Assembly (NCBI RefSeq): GCF_041595835.1
Contig: NZ_JBFHJO010000002.1
Location: forward strand, 78,752-142,751
Source of the DNA: Marinobacter sp.
GTDB taxonomy: Bacteria > Pseudomonadota > Gammaproteobacteria > Pseudomonadales > Oleiphilaceae
Reading direction: 5' to 3'
Length of the DNA: 64,000 bases
Positions 19,261 through 28,633 of this stretch are shown here, piece after piece; the stretch's first letter is position 1; each line of letters starts with the position of its first letter. The translations under genes were made by a program, and so were the position numbers. The notes under the pieces are model-generated. The model saw only the letters and a list, made by a program, of their open reading frames with translations. It was not told where the DNA came from and ran no database searches.

Positions 19261-20835
19261 ATGGGAAGGATGCAGAAGGAACTGCACACCGGCATCGATC
19301 TGGCCGTGGCACTGATCAAACAGGACACGCTGACAGCGCTGTTGGACACCGCCACCCGGCAACTCGAACATGCCTTCGGACTCAGCAAGTGCTGGGCGCT
19401 GGAACTCGACCTCAGCGGCCGGACCCTGCACTGCAGCAAACTGGACGAAGCGGGCGAGTTTGATTGTAACGACTTCAGCCACCCCTTCGCCCACGTGCTG
19501 CAGACAGGCCAGCCGAGGGAGCTCACCCGTGCTGCCAGCTATCGCCTGGACCATGCCGGCTTCCAGACGCTCCTGGAACTTAGTGGCCGCCCGAGAAGCT
19601 TCTGGCTGGAACCCCTCAAAGGCGAAGACGGCCGGACCCTTGGCATGCTTGTACTTTGCGGCGATCACCCTGACTGGCAAGGCATCGTTGCTCAGTCACT
19701 GTACAGCGGGCTCAAGCAGCTACTGGTGCATCAATGGATCAGCCAGTTGCAAACCCGTGATCAGGTGTGGCAACGGCGGCTGCTCAAGCGCTCCCTCGAC
19801 CACCTGCACGATGCTGAAAGCCTGCGCCAGCGCTGCAGGCAGCTGGCCTGCACCCTGGTGGGTGATTCCGAAGCCATGGCCAACCTCCGGGCCCAGGTGG
19901 TGCGTGCGGCGGGTAGCCAGCTGTCAGTGTTGATCCAGGGTGAAACTGGTTGTGGCAAAGACGTCGTTGCCCGAGGTATTCACGATATGTCTGACCGCGC
20001 CAGTGGGCCTCTGGTGGTGGTGAATTGTGCGGCCATTCCAGACACCCTGTTGGAGAGCGAATTGTTCGGTCACACCAAGGGCGCATTCTCTGGCGCGGAT
20101 CAAGCCAAAGATGGCCTGCTGGCCCAGGCCAATGGAGGAACCCTGTTTCTGGATGAAATCGGCGACATGCCTATGGCGTTGCAATCCAAACTGTTGCGAG
20201 TCCTCGAAAGCCGACAGTTCCGGCCTTTGGGAGCCCGGGAAGAGCAATATTCAGATTTTCGTGTGGTAGCTGCTACCCATCAGCCTTTGCAGCAGGGCAT
20301 CGAAGAGGGCGTGTTCCGTCGGGACCTGTTTTACCGCCTGAGCCAGTTCCCGCTACGTGTGACTCCGCTGCGTGAGCGGACCGAAGATCTGGAAGCTCTG
20401 AGTCGCCATTTCATTGGCTTATACACCGAGCGCGAAGGCAGTGGCCCTCTCGGTATCAGCAGTCACTCCCTGCATACGTTGGCAGGCTATAACTTTCCGG
20501 GCAACGTGCGGGAGTTGCGCAATATCATCGAACTCGCGTGCCTGCAAACCCCGGAGGGTGACGATATTCAGCCTGAAGCCTTAAGGCTCGATGATCCACT
20601 CTCGGATACCTGCCGGCCCATAAATGCTGAAGCAGAAGCTCACATCATGCCCGGTGTGCCGATGACCGACGAAATTCGTGACCTGAAAGCCGCGGCGCAG
20701 GCGTTTGAGGCAGCGATTATCCGAGATCGCCTGCGGCAATACAACGGCAACCGCGCACAAGCCGCCGAAAGCCTGGGTTTGCCCAAGCGTACCTTGGCCC
20801 ATAAATGTCTGAAGTATCAGGTAACCGACGTATGA
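19261..20835 (+). CDS. vasH: sigma-54-dependent transcriptional activator (VasH-like bacterial enhancer-binding protein)
   Basis: Central AAA+ sigma54-interaction domain (GETGCGKDVVARGIH, GAFSGA, ESELFGH, FLDEIGDMP), C-terminal Fis-type HTH, N-terminal GAF-like region; start taken at MGRMQKEL ATG 19261, not the ORF-track 19072. Confidence 0.9.
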   Translation: MGRMQKELHTGIDLAVALIKQDTLTALLDTATRQLEHAFGLSKCWALELDLSGRTLHCSKLDEAGEFDCNDFSHPFAHVLQTGQPRELTRAASYRLDHAGFQTLLELSGRPRSFWLEPLKGEDGRTLGMLVLCGDHPDWQGIVAQSLYSGLKQLLVHQWISQLQTRDQVWQRRLLKRSLDHLHDAESLRQRCRQLACTLVGDSEAMANLRAQVVRAAGSQLSVLIQGETGCGKDVVARGIHDMSDRASGPLVVVNCAAIPDTLLESELFGHTKGAFSGADQAKDGLLAQANGGTLFLDEIGDMPMALQSKLLRVLESRQFRPLGAREEQYSDFRVVAATHQPLQQGIEEGVFRRDLFYRLSQFPLRVTPLRERTEDLEALSRHFIGLYTEREGSGPLGISSHSLHTLAGYNFPGNVRELRNIIELACLQTPEGDDIQPEALRLDDPLSDTCRPINAEAEAHIMPGVPMTDEIRDLKAAAQAFEAAIIRDRLRQYNGNRAQAAESLGLPKRTLAHKCLKYQVTDV

Positions 20836-21473
20836 CCCTGAAAGAGAAAATCCAACATGGCCTGCTTGGTCTGGTGCTGTTGTTGGCGAGCAGCAGCAGC
20901 TTGGCTGATCTGCGTCTGAGCAGAGCGGAAACCTGCTCGAAAGAAGCCAACCGGCTGGCAAGGCTGGCCTGTTTTGATGAGGTGTTTGGCACACCACTGG
21001 CTCGCTATGAAGAAGGCACAAAGGCGGTGGTAATTCATCAATCTGAGCGCTGGCGCCAGGCTTTTGCACAGTCAGGTCATGATGACACCGGAGGCGTGAT
21101 TTATCGGAATACCGGCACAGTGGCCGGGCATCTTGTGACGGTTACGGCCCTGGGTACTCAGCCTCCACGGCCGGTGCTGACGCTGCAGTGCCATAACAAC
21201 ATCACCGAGCTGATGGTGATGCTACCCGAACCGACAGGCCTGGAGCGGGTTGACGTAACTCTGGGCTCGGAGCGCAGCCAATGGCGAGTGCGGGACGAAG
21301 GCTTAGTGGTAAGTGCCGGTAGAGGTCTGCCCGCCATTCGGCTGGTGTCGGGGGTAGCCAGCCAGCCCGACGCCAGAATTCACGCCAATGCACCGGAACT
21401 GGATGGTCTGTTGTTTGACCTGAGCGGCTATGAAGACGCTATCAAGCCGTTACGAAAAGCTTGCGGCTGGTAA
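20832..21473 (+). CDS. T6SS-associated secreted protein occupying the vasI position (signal peptide, ~213 aa)
   Basis: MTLKEKIQHGLLGLVLLLASSSSLA signal peptide; ATGA coupling to vasH stop; location between vasH and tssA identical to V. cholerae vasI. Confidence 0.6.
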   Translation: MTLKEKIQHGLLGLVLLLASSSSLADLRLSRAETCSKEANRLARLACFDEVFGTPLARYEEGTKAVVIHQSERWRQAFAQSGHDDTGGVIYRNTGTVAGHLVTVTALGTQPPRPVLTLQCHNNITELMVMLPEPTGLERVDVTLGSERSQWRVRDEGLVVSAGRGLPAIRLVSGVASQPDARIHANAPELDGLLFDLSGYEDAIKPLRKACGW

Positions 21474-21485
21474 GGAGGGAGCCTC

Positions 21486-22931
21486 ATGCAGTTAATCGAA
21501 CAGCATCCTTACGTCGATCAAATACTCACCGCTATTCCGGGAGATTCCAGTACCGGTGGTAGTCTTGAAGATGACTGCGTACTGGAATTTCTGGAAGACG
21601 AAGTAAGGAAAGTAGGCTCGCTGGCCCACAACGACATCAACTGGAACAGGGTTGAAAGCGAATCGCTGCAACTGCTGGCAGATCGTAGCAAAGATATCAA
21701 AGTGCTGGGTTTCCTGATGTTGGCCTTGCAGCGGGGCGGCGATGGTGAGCGCTTTGCCTTGTCCCTTTACGTGCTGCACCGGGTGCTGGATGACTGGTGG
21801 GAAAAGGCCTGGCCCTTTCCCGGCGCAAAGGGCCAACGGGCTCGTAAAATGTTGTTTAACCAGATGTTGCAGAGGGCATTGAAAAGCGTCGAAGGTTTGG
21901 ACTTTGACGCCAGCGTAGGCGACGGACGTCAATTTTGTCTGGATCTGATTAGCAAACTCGATGACCAGGCGAAACAGCGAGGCCTGCCGGATGACCCGCT
22001 GTTTGATTTAAAACGGGCGGTAGAGAAACTGCCGAAACCGGATCAGGACGCCAATAACCCGATGCCCTCTGATGCTGAGACAGACAGTGTGGCCAGTACT
22101 CAGGTCGCACCGACGGCCAAACAACCTACTTCCAGTACGGCCTCTGCTGCTTTGGGGAGTCTCACTCTGGACCCGGGCAATGAGCGGGCTACCCGCCAGA
22201 GTTTACTGAAAGTTGCGGAATGGCTGACCAGTATCGAGCCAGGCAACCCGCTGGGTTACCAGGTTCGCCGTTATGCCATCTGGCAGAGTATCACCAGCCT
22301 GCCTCCAACCCGGGATGGCAAACGTACAGATTTGGCTGCTGTCAGCGCAGACCGGGTAGCGGATTACAAAGAAGCGCTGGATAAATTGCCAGATAACCAG
22401 TTGTGGCAACGCATTGAGCAGAGTTTATCGGTAAGTCCGTTCTGGCTGGACGGCCACTGGCTGAGCGCTCGCGTGGCCCAGGCTTTAGGTAAAAGCCGTT
22501 GTGCTGAAGCAATCAGGGAAGCCTTGAAGGCTTTTGTTGAACAGTTGCCGCAATTGGCAGAGTTGACCTTCAATGACCAAACACCGTTTCTCAGTGAAGA
22601 GGCTGCGGAATGGATGCACACGGTTCCCGTTTCAGCCGGGGCCAGTGGTGGTGGAACCAATCCCTGGGAGCAGGCGCTGGATAGCGCCCTCGAATTGGCG
22701 CAGAAAAACAAGTTGTCATCTGCGTTGGAACTCCTGGAACAGGGGCTGGCCGATGCCCGGGAGCCTCGGGAGCAATTCTACTGGCGTCTGGCTATTGCAA
22801 AGCTGATGAAAGAAACCGGCCTGAAAGCCATGGCGGCACAACAGATTCAGGATCTGCAGGGGCAGGTTCGCGGGCTGATTCTCGAAAACTGGGAACCAGG
22901 CCTTATCAAACAAATGGAACGACTGGCGTAA
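21486..22931 (+). CDS. tssA: T6SS protein TssA (ImpA N-terminal domain, VasJ-like)
   Basis: 481 aa; ImpA_N-type N-terminus (HPYVDQILTAIPGDSSTGGSLEDD...). Confidence 0.9.
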   Translation: MQLIEQHPYVDQILTAIPGDSSTGGSLEDDCVLEFLEDEVRKVGSLAHNDINWNRVESESLQLLADRSKDIKVLGFLMLALQRGGDGERFALSLYVLHRVLDDWWEKAWPFPGAKGQRARKMLFNQMLQRALKSVEGLDFDASVGDGRQFCLDLISKLDDQAKQRGLPDDPLFDLKRAVEKLPKPDQDANNPMPSDAETDSVASTQVAPTAKQPTSSTASAALGSLTLDPGNERATRQSLLKVAEWLTSIEPGNPLGYQVRRYAIWQSITSLPPTRDGKRTDLAAVSADRVADYKEALDKLPDNQLWQRIEQSLSVSPFWLDGHWLSARVAQALGKSRCAEAIREALKAFVEQLPQLAELTFNDQTPFLSEEAAEWMHTVPVSAGASGGGTNPWEQALDSALELAQKNKLSSALELLEQGLADAREPREQFYWRLAIAKLMKETGLKAMAAQQIQDLQGQVRGLILENWEPGLIKQMERLA

Positions 22932-22955
22932 CGCCCGTCCGCATTAAACGCAGGA

Positions 22956-25900
22956 ATGGATACCATGTGGAGAAAAGCATTACTCATTGGACGTTGGCTT
23001 CTGCCGTACCTCCGGAACGCTGCTCCGGTTGTTCTCGTGTTGAGCCTTATTGCCCTGCTGGTGGCAACCTGGTGGCTTGGCCCTCGCCTGGAAATTAATG
23101 ATGAATACCCTTTGGTTGCCTGGCAAATGCGGGCTCTGGTTACCCTTGGAGTGATTCTGTTGGTCGTGATGTTCTGGGGCATGGCCCTGGCTCGTCGCTT
23201 GGGTAAGGTCAACAAGGCCAAGGCCGCTGAGCAACAGGAGCAGGAAGATCCGATTCTGCCCATGGAGCGGCGGCAGCAACGCCTGCTCGACCGGCAGTTG
23301 CAGGCACTAAAAAGCAATTTGCCCGGTCGCAAAGGGCTGTATCGCTTGCCCTGGTATCTGGTGATGGGGCTGGAAGATGCCGGTAAAACCAGCTTGATTC
23401 AACGTTCGGGGCAAACCTACACACTAACCAATGTCACCCGTAACAATCGGAGAGAGCGTAACCCCTTTGGTTTTGATTGGTGGATTGGTGACCACGGCGT
23501 ACTGATTGATCCGGATGGTGAGCTGCTGAGTCAAAACCAGGGCGAAGGTGCCACGAGCGAAATTCAGAATCGGTTGTGGAACCACTTTATCGGCTGGCTG
23601 GAACGCAGCCGGCCGCAACGTCCTCTGAACGGTATTATTCTGGCTGTAGATTTGGCTCGACTGAGCGCCGAGGGCGATCAGCAACGTCAAGCCCAGGCGA
23701 TTCTGCTGCGGACGCGCGTGCGGGAATTGATGGAGCAACTAGGCTCACGCCTGCCAGTGTATGTCACCTTCACGAAAATGGACCTGCTGTACGGTTTTAC
23801 GCCTTTTGTTCGCACCTTGTCGAAGCTGGAAAAAGAGAAAGCACTTGGCTTTACTTTCCGGCTGGAGAGCCAGCAAGACCATGACCAATGGCTTGAGCAG
23901 TTTGCTGACCGATATGCACAAATGGTGGACGAGTTAAGCCAGCGCTTACCGGATGTACTTTCAGATACCCGAGATCCCGAAGAACGGGCTGCCGTATATT
24001 CGTTTACCCGTCAACTGGCCGGGCTTAAGCCGGCCATTGAGCAATTTCTCAGTGACCTGCTGTCAGCCGATGCCTTTTCAACCCCGGCCCTGGTCCGAGG
24101 TTCCTATTTCACCTCCGTTCTTCAGGAAGGTGTGCCGGAAGATGCCTTTGTGGCTGCAGCGGCCCGCAATTACCAGATCAGCAGCCCCATTCAACCGGCC
24201 CAGCGCAGTGGGCAGTCTGTCAGCTTGTTTACCAAAGATCTGTTTCCTGAAGTAATTTATCGGGAAGCAGGATTGGCCGGTGACAATCGCAAGGTTGTGA
24301 TCAAGCGCCGCAGGAAGGTTGCGTTCGCGGCTATGGTTGCCCTTTGTGCCGGAGCTGGCATAACTGCCGGCTGGCAGCACTATTTTATCAAAAATGCTGA
24401 AGCCGCTGTCCAGGTGGAAAACCGGGTTAACTCCTTCCTCAACAACTGGCAGCCTGTGGGTTACGAGCCAGACAGTACTGGCCGAAACCTGCTCCAGCCA
24501 CTGGATGAACTGCGGGAAGCCACGCTGGCTTTCGGCGACTACCGCAAGGAATGGCCGTTGGTCACCGATATGGGACTGTATCAGGGCCATAAAGTCGGGC
24601 CGGAAGTTGATACAGCCTATCTGGACATGCTGGCCTATCAATATCTGCCGACTTTGATGTTCGGTGTGATGGAAGAAATGGGCCAGGCACCCGACAACAG
24701 TACGGAACGGCTGGAGCACTTGCGAGTGCTTCGCATGATGTACGATGAGAGCGGGCGTCGCAGCGATATTGTCTTTGCGTACATGCGGGAATACTGGCAA
24801 GTTCGATTCCCCGGTCAGCGGGATGTGCAAAATCGCCTGTACAGCCATTTACAGTACGCCATGACCCATACCAATCTGGCTGGAATGGCTGCAGAAGGTG
24901 ACCAGGCTGCAATTATGGCGCTGGCACCGTTCCGCAGTAGTGTTCAGTGGGCGCAGCATGAACTGGGTCGCATCAGTACACCGGACCGCGTTTACCAGGA
25001 TCTGGAGGCAGAAGCGCGCCGGGAATTGCAGTCGCCTCTGGAGTTGGCGCGCAGTTCGGGCCCGGCATTTTCCACCGTGTTCACCCGAGTTGATGCATAT
25101 GGGGAACCACTTGCCGGAGAACTACCAACTGAAGAGGACCCCATCGCAATCGATATGTTGTTGACGCGAGAGGGGCTGGAGAAGTGGTTCCTGCGTAAAT
25201 CTGGCTCTGTGACCGAGTTGGCGCTGGTTGATGCCTGGGTGCTTGGGCGCCGGAATGACGTTGACTTCAGTAAAGCGGACGAAGCTGAATTACTGGCCAG
25301 CCTGCAAACCCTGTATGCAGAGAACTACGCAAACACCTGGCGCACTGCGCTGAGTCGAGTCGACATTCACCGGTTTACAGATCTCAATCATGGGGTGCGT
25401 ATTCTGGAAAGCCTCACCAGCGGCCACCAACCGTTGGCCCGCTTTTTAGGTGAGATTCAGAATAATACTCGCCTGATTCCTGTGGGTGAGGGCGAAGCCG
25501 AAATAGCCCGGAAGCTGCTTGAGGAGTCACCTCATTTCAGAATGCTCCAGGATATCGAGCGCCAGTTTGATGAACTGAATCAGTTAACGCGAAAACAAGG
25601 TGATCATCCGACGGGGCTGGATGAAATTATGGTGGTGGTCACGGAACTGCACGAATATATGCGCAGTATTCAGGAGTCGCCGGATGCTGGTAAAGCAGCA
25701 CTGAGCGCAGCGCGAGCGCGCATGGGGCTTCAGGGTGCAGACCCTATATTCACTTTACAGCGCATGGCAGGCCATCAGCCAGAGCCGTTGAACCGCTTGT
25801 TGAATCGCCTTGCGACCGAGAGCTGGCGGGTTGTGCTTGATAAGGCTGTGGCTCAGCTTGAGCGAGAGTGGTACAGGGAGGTGTATCAGCCATTCCAGCA

Positions 25901-26549
25901 GAATCTGGCTCGCCACTACCCATTTGCCTCCGAAGCGGGTCGGGACGCTGCCCTGCAGGATTTTGAGCGATTTTTCGCACCGGACGGCATACTGGAAAAC
26001 TTCTACAACGACAACCTGAAACTGTTCCTGGAAGATCACCCTGAACAGGTGGGCGATGCCCGTAAAGCAAGCCTGGTGCGTCGGGATGTACTTGCTGCAC
26101 TGAACCGGGCACGACAGATTCGCCAGGCGTTCTTTACGCGAAGCGGAACTCTGGATGTAGAGTTTGCATTGGAGCCTTTGAACCTCTCCAATAATAAGCG
26201 CCGAGCCGTTGTCAATCTTGATGGCCAACTGGTGGAGTTCTCTCATGGGCCGCGCCAGAGCATACCTTTGGTATGGCCCAATACCTTGCGGGATGCGGTA
26301 GAAAGCCGAATTACTTTGGTGCCGGTACAGGTCAACCGTTCGCCCAGGAGTATTTCGGAAAATGGCCCCTGGGCATTGTTCCGGTTGTTGGATAAAGCAG
26401 ATATCACTGGCGTCAGTAGTAACGCGGTGGACGTGATGTTCAAAGTGGATGATGGCGAGATGCGTTACCGCCTGCATGCGGCCAGTAATACCAACCCGTT
26501 CACACAGCAGCTACTTGCAGGCTACCGAATTCCCCGCAGCTTGTATTAA
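22956..26549 (+). CDS. tssM: T6SS membrane-complex subunit TssM (IcmF/VasK)
   Basis: 1197 aa; N-terminal TM helices, P-loop GLEDAGKTSLIQRSG, IcmF-related C-terminal region. Confidence 0.95.
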   Translation: MDTMWRKALLIGRWLLPYLRNAAPVVLVLSLIALLVATWWLGPRLEINDEYPLVAWQMRALVTLGVILLVVMFWGMALARRLGKVNKAKAAEQQEQEDPILPMERRQQRLLDRQLQALKSNLPGRKGLYRLPWYLVMGLEDAGKTSLIQRSGQTYTLTNVTRNNRRERNPFGFDWWIGDHGVLIDPDGELLSQNQGEGATSEIQNRLWNHFIGWLERSRPQRPLNGIILAVDLARLSAEGDQQRQAQAILLRTRVRELMEQLGSRLPVYVTFTKMDLLYGFTPFVRTLSKLEKEKALGFTFRLESQQDHDQWLEQFADRYAQMVDELSQRLPDVLSDTRDPEERAAVYSFTRQLAGLKPAIEQFLSDLLSADAFSTPALVRGSYFTSVLQEGVPEDAFVAAAARNYQISSPIQPAQRSGQSVSLFTKDLFPEVIYREAGLAGDNRKVVIKRRRKVAFAAMVALCAGAGITAGWQHYFIKNAEAAVQVENRVNSFLNNWQPVGYEPDSTGRNLLQPLDELREATLAFGDYRKEWPLVTDMGLYQGHKVGPEVDTAYLDMLAYQYLPTLMFGVMEEMGQAPDNSTERLEHLRVLRMMYDESGRRSDIVFAYMREYWQVRFPGQRDVQNRLYSHLQYAMTHTNLAGMAAEGDQAAIMALAPFRSSVQWAQHELGRISTPDRVYQDLEAEARRELQSPLELARSSGPAFSTVFTRVDAYGEPLAGELPTEEDPIAIDMLLTREGLEKWFLRKSGSVTELALVDAWVLGRRNDVDFSKADEAELLASLQTLYAENYANTWRTALSRVDIHRFTDLNHGVRILESLTSGHQPLARFLGEIQNNTRLIPVGEGEAEIARKLLEESPHFRMLQDIERQFDELNQLTRKQGDHPTGLDEIMVVVTELHEYMRSIQESPDAGKAALSAARARMGLQGADPIFTLQRMAGHQPEPLNRLLNRLATESWRVVLDKAVAQLEREWYREVYQPFQQNLARHYPFASEAGRDAALQDFERFFAPDGILENFYNDNLKLFLEDHPEQVGDARKASLVRRDVLAALNRARQIRQAFFTRSGTLDVEFALEPLNLSNNKRRAVVNLDGQLVEFSHGPRQSIPLVWPNTLRDAVESRITLVPVQVNRSPRSISENGPWALFRLLDKADITGVSSNAVDVMFKVDDGEMRYRLHAASNTNPFTQQLLAGYRIPRSLY

Positions 26550-26552
26550 ACT

Positions 26553-26774
26553 GTGTCCCGTCGCCCGGGTATGTGTGCCCGGGTTGGCGGGAGCCGGCAC
26601 CGGGAAACCGACCTTCAGTTTCTGGAACGACTGGCCGCCGAAGAAGGCTGGCACTACCGCTACCAGCACGGCGACACCCCGAAACTGGCCCCGGTCACTC
26701 GAGTGATTATTATGGATCGCATAGCTACCGTTCTGACTCGATTCCCGAGCAAAGCAATCAGACTCAGGAGCTAA
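26553..26774 (+). pseudogene. vgrG: vgrG remnant (internal fragment of the gp27-like region only)
   Basis: ETDLQFLERLAAEEGWHYRYQHGDT matches the conserved VgrG segment (S/TDLxFLxRLLEEEGIYYYFEH); no start, gp5-like or C-terminal parts; surrounding frames broken. Confidence 0.6.
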
Positions 26775-26993
26775 ACCGAACCGGATGAATCTTTCTATCG
26801 GTTGATCAACCTTCTTCTTGCTGCCACCACCAACCGCGAAGACGTACTGGCGCAATATGAACGAAGAAGACTACAAAGCCTTCATTCCCCGTTTGTGACC
26901 GGCGTTTTATTGGGGAGGGTGATCAAATGCCTACGCAACATGCCCCCGAACTGGCTAAAATGTGCCAATGTATCAATGCAGAGATCACACGTG

Positions 26994-27437
26994 ATGAAAG
27001 GCTTTATAGTTCTCGTTCTATTGTTGGTGGCTTCCGTCGCCCAAGCAGAAGCCTATCGCTGGGTTGATGAGAGCGGCCAGACCCACTTTGGTGATCGGCC
27101 TCCTGCGAATGCTGTTTCCAGTGAGGTGCAGCTGGAAACAGCACAGCCAGCGGTGGATGCGGCTGCCAGTGAGCGCAAACAGCGGATGATCGAATTTGTC
27201 GCGCAAAGCGAAAAAGAACGTGCGGTTCGAAAAAAAGTCCGGGCCGAGCAAGAGGCCCAGGCAGCCGAGCGGGAAGCTCGGTGTGAGGGCCTGATAGCGC
27301 GCATGAAACACCTTGAGAGAGTGTCCCGCCTCTACAGATTAAATAAGGATGGCGAGCGTGTTTTCGTTGACGATGAGGAAAACGAAAGGATCCGTAAGGA
27401 GTTTCGGGCGCGCGTCCGGAATGAGTGCGACATTTGA
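26994..27437 (+). CDS. DUF4124-family periplasmic protein
   Basis: Signal peptide then AEAYRWVDESGQTHFGDRPP (DUF4124 hallmark) and a charged coiled-coil tail; start at MKGFIV (ATG 26994), not the upstream ORF-track extension. Confidence 0.7.
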   Translation: MKGFIVLVLLLVASVAQAEAYRWVDESGQTHFGDRPPANAVSSEVQLETAQPAVDAAASERKQRMIEFVAQSEKERAVRKKVRAEQEAQAAEREARCEGLIARMKHLERVSRLYRLNKDGERVFVDDEENERIRKEFRARVRNECDI

Positions 27438-27464
27438 ATCTGCTTCCGCCTGCATCGCAGGTTT

Positions 27465-28559
27465 TCACCTTTGTACCACAGCCTCCGGCCCGTTCAGCAT
27501 GGCGATCAACGGATTTTTCCGGAAGATGTAATCTCTGAGCAAATAACCTAGCAAAAGTCCGAGCATAAACCCGCCCAGGTGTGCCGCCCAGGCCACGCCG
27601 CCCTGTGCAGTGAACATGCCGAACAGGTTAATCAGGCTCCAGATCAGGAAGTACCAGTGGGGTGCGAGTTTTTTCTGGTAAATGATGATCATGAAAGTAA
27701 GGCTGGCGTGGCGGAACCACATCAGATACAGGCCGAAAAGAGCCGCAATCGCACCGCTGGCGCCAACCAGCAGCAAAGGGCCCTGGCTGCTGTCGAATAC
27801 CAGTAATTCGATCAACGCTGCCACCGCTCCCATGAACAGGTAGAGCCCCAAAAAGGCACTATGGCCCAGGGCATCTTCAAGATTGTCGCCAATAATCCAT
27901 AGGAAATACATGTTGCCGGCCAGATGCATCAGGCCACCGTGGACGAACTGGTAGGTCAATAGTTGCAGGGCAAAGTGTATGGGGCTTTGGGTCTCTGAGT
28001 TCAGCGCCAGGTTCAGGAAAATCCATTCATTCGCTGCCGGTGACAGCAGGCCAGTGCCGAAAATCAGGCCACACAAAACAACCAGCGTTCGCGTAACCCA
28101 GGGGGTTCGATGGGGCTGTATGTTGTACTCCACCGGCATAGCCGTCAGAAACTGGAATAACCAGGACTTCCAGGTCACTTTCTGATTCAAGGTTGTTAGG
28201 GCCTGCTTCAGCCTGGGTGAGTGCATGACCTGATCTATTTCATGTTTATCGAGCCAGACACCATCACAGTCCGGGCAGCAGTCGATTTCAGTAGTGTAGT
28301 GCGTAAGTAACTGATAGTGGGTCATCGGTACCCGGCAACGCCTGCACAAGCGGTCGCTGGTGCGAAGGGCTGGGCCGAGATGAAGCTCGTGACTGTACTG
28401 TTCTATAAACTCGTGCTGCTGTGCAATGGCCTGGTTCAGTGATCCGTCTTCAAACCAGACGCCGTGGCAGTGCCGGCAGTTAAGTATGGCCGGGTTGCTG
28501 GTAGGCGTCAGGCTGCCAATCGTGCAGGAAGGACAAAGTTTAGCGTGTGTTCTGGGCAT
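27465..28559 (-). CDS. rhomboid-family intramembrane serine protease with two N-terminal zinc-ribbon modules
   Basis: N-terminal CPSC...CRHCHGVW and CRRC...CPDCDGVWLD zinc ribbons; C-terminal 6-TM rhomboid core with GASGAIAALFG (catalytic Ser) and AHLGGFMLG (catalytic His). Confidence 0.85.
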   Translation of the reverse strand: MPRTHAKLCPSCTIGSLTPTSNPAILNCRHCHGVWFEDGSLNQAIAQQHEFIEQYSHELHLGPALRTSDRLCRRCRVPMTHYQLLTHYTTEIDCCPDCDGVWLDKHEIDQVMHSPRLKQALTTLNQKVTWKSWLFQFLTAMPVEYNIQPHRTPWVTRTLVVLCGLIFGTGLLSPAANEWIFLNLALNSETQSPIHFALQLLTYQFVHGGLMHLAGNMYFLWIIGDNLEDALGHSAFLGLYLFMGAVAALIELLVFDSSQGPLLLVGASGAIAALFGLYLMWFRHASLTFMIIIYQKKLAPHWYFLIWSLINLFGMFTAQGGVAWAAHLGGFMLGLLLGYLLRDYIFRKNPLIAMLNGPEAVVQR

Positions 28560-28633
28560 GAAATCCTTTTCCTGATTCAGCGGAGGCTTCGGTGTCTGTT
28601 CCGGAGCCTGTAGAAATAAGTGGTCCGTATGGG

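Noticed and set aside
24078-26477. Two long minus-strand ORFs (256 aa and 240 aa) within tssM
   Set aside because: They are antisense to conserved tssM coding sequence, typical GC-rich shadow ORFs.
26802-26993. N-terminal extension of the DUF4124 ORF (MINLLLAATTNRED...)
   Set aside because: The true start is the ATG at 26994, which gives a proper signal peptide. The upstream part is probably decayed remnant sequence after the vgrG stump.
27447-27466. Short CCTGC-atc-GCAGG hairpin between the DUF4124 gene and the rhomboid gene as a bidirectional terminator
   Set aside because: The stem is only 5 bp, it overlaps the rhomboid stop, and the T-run is weak, which is too marginal to call.
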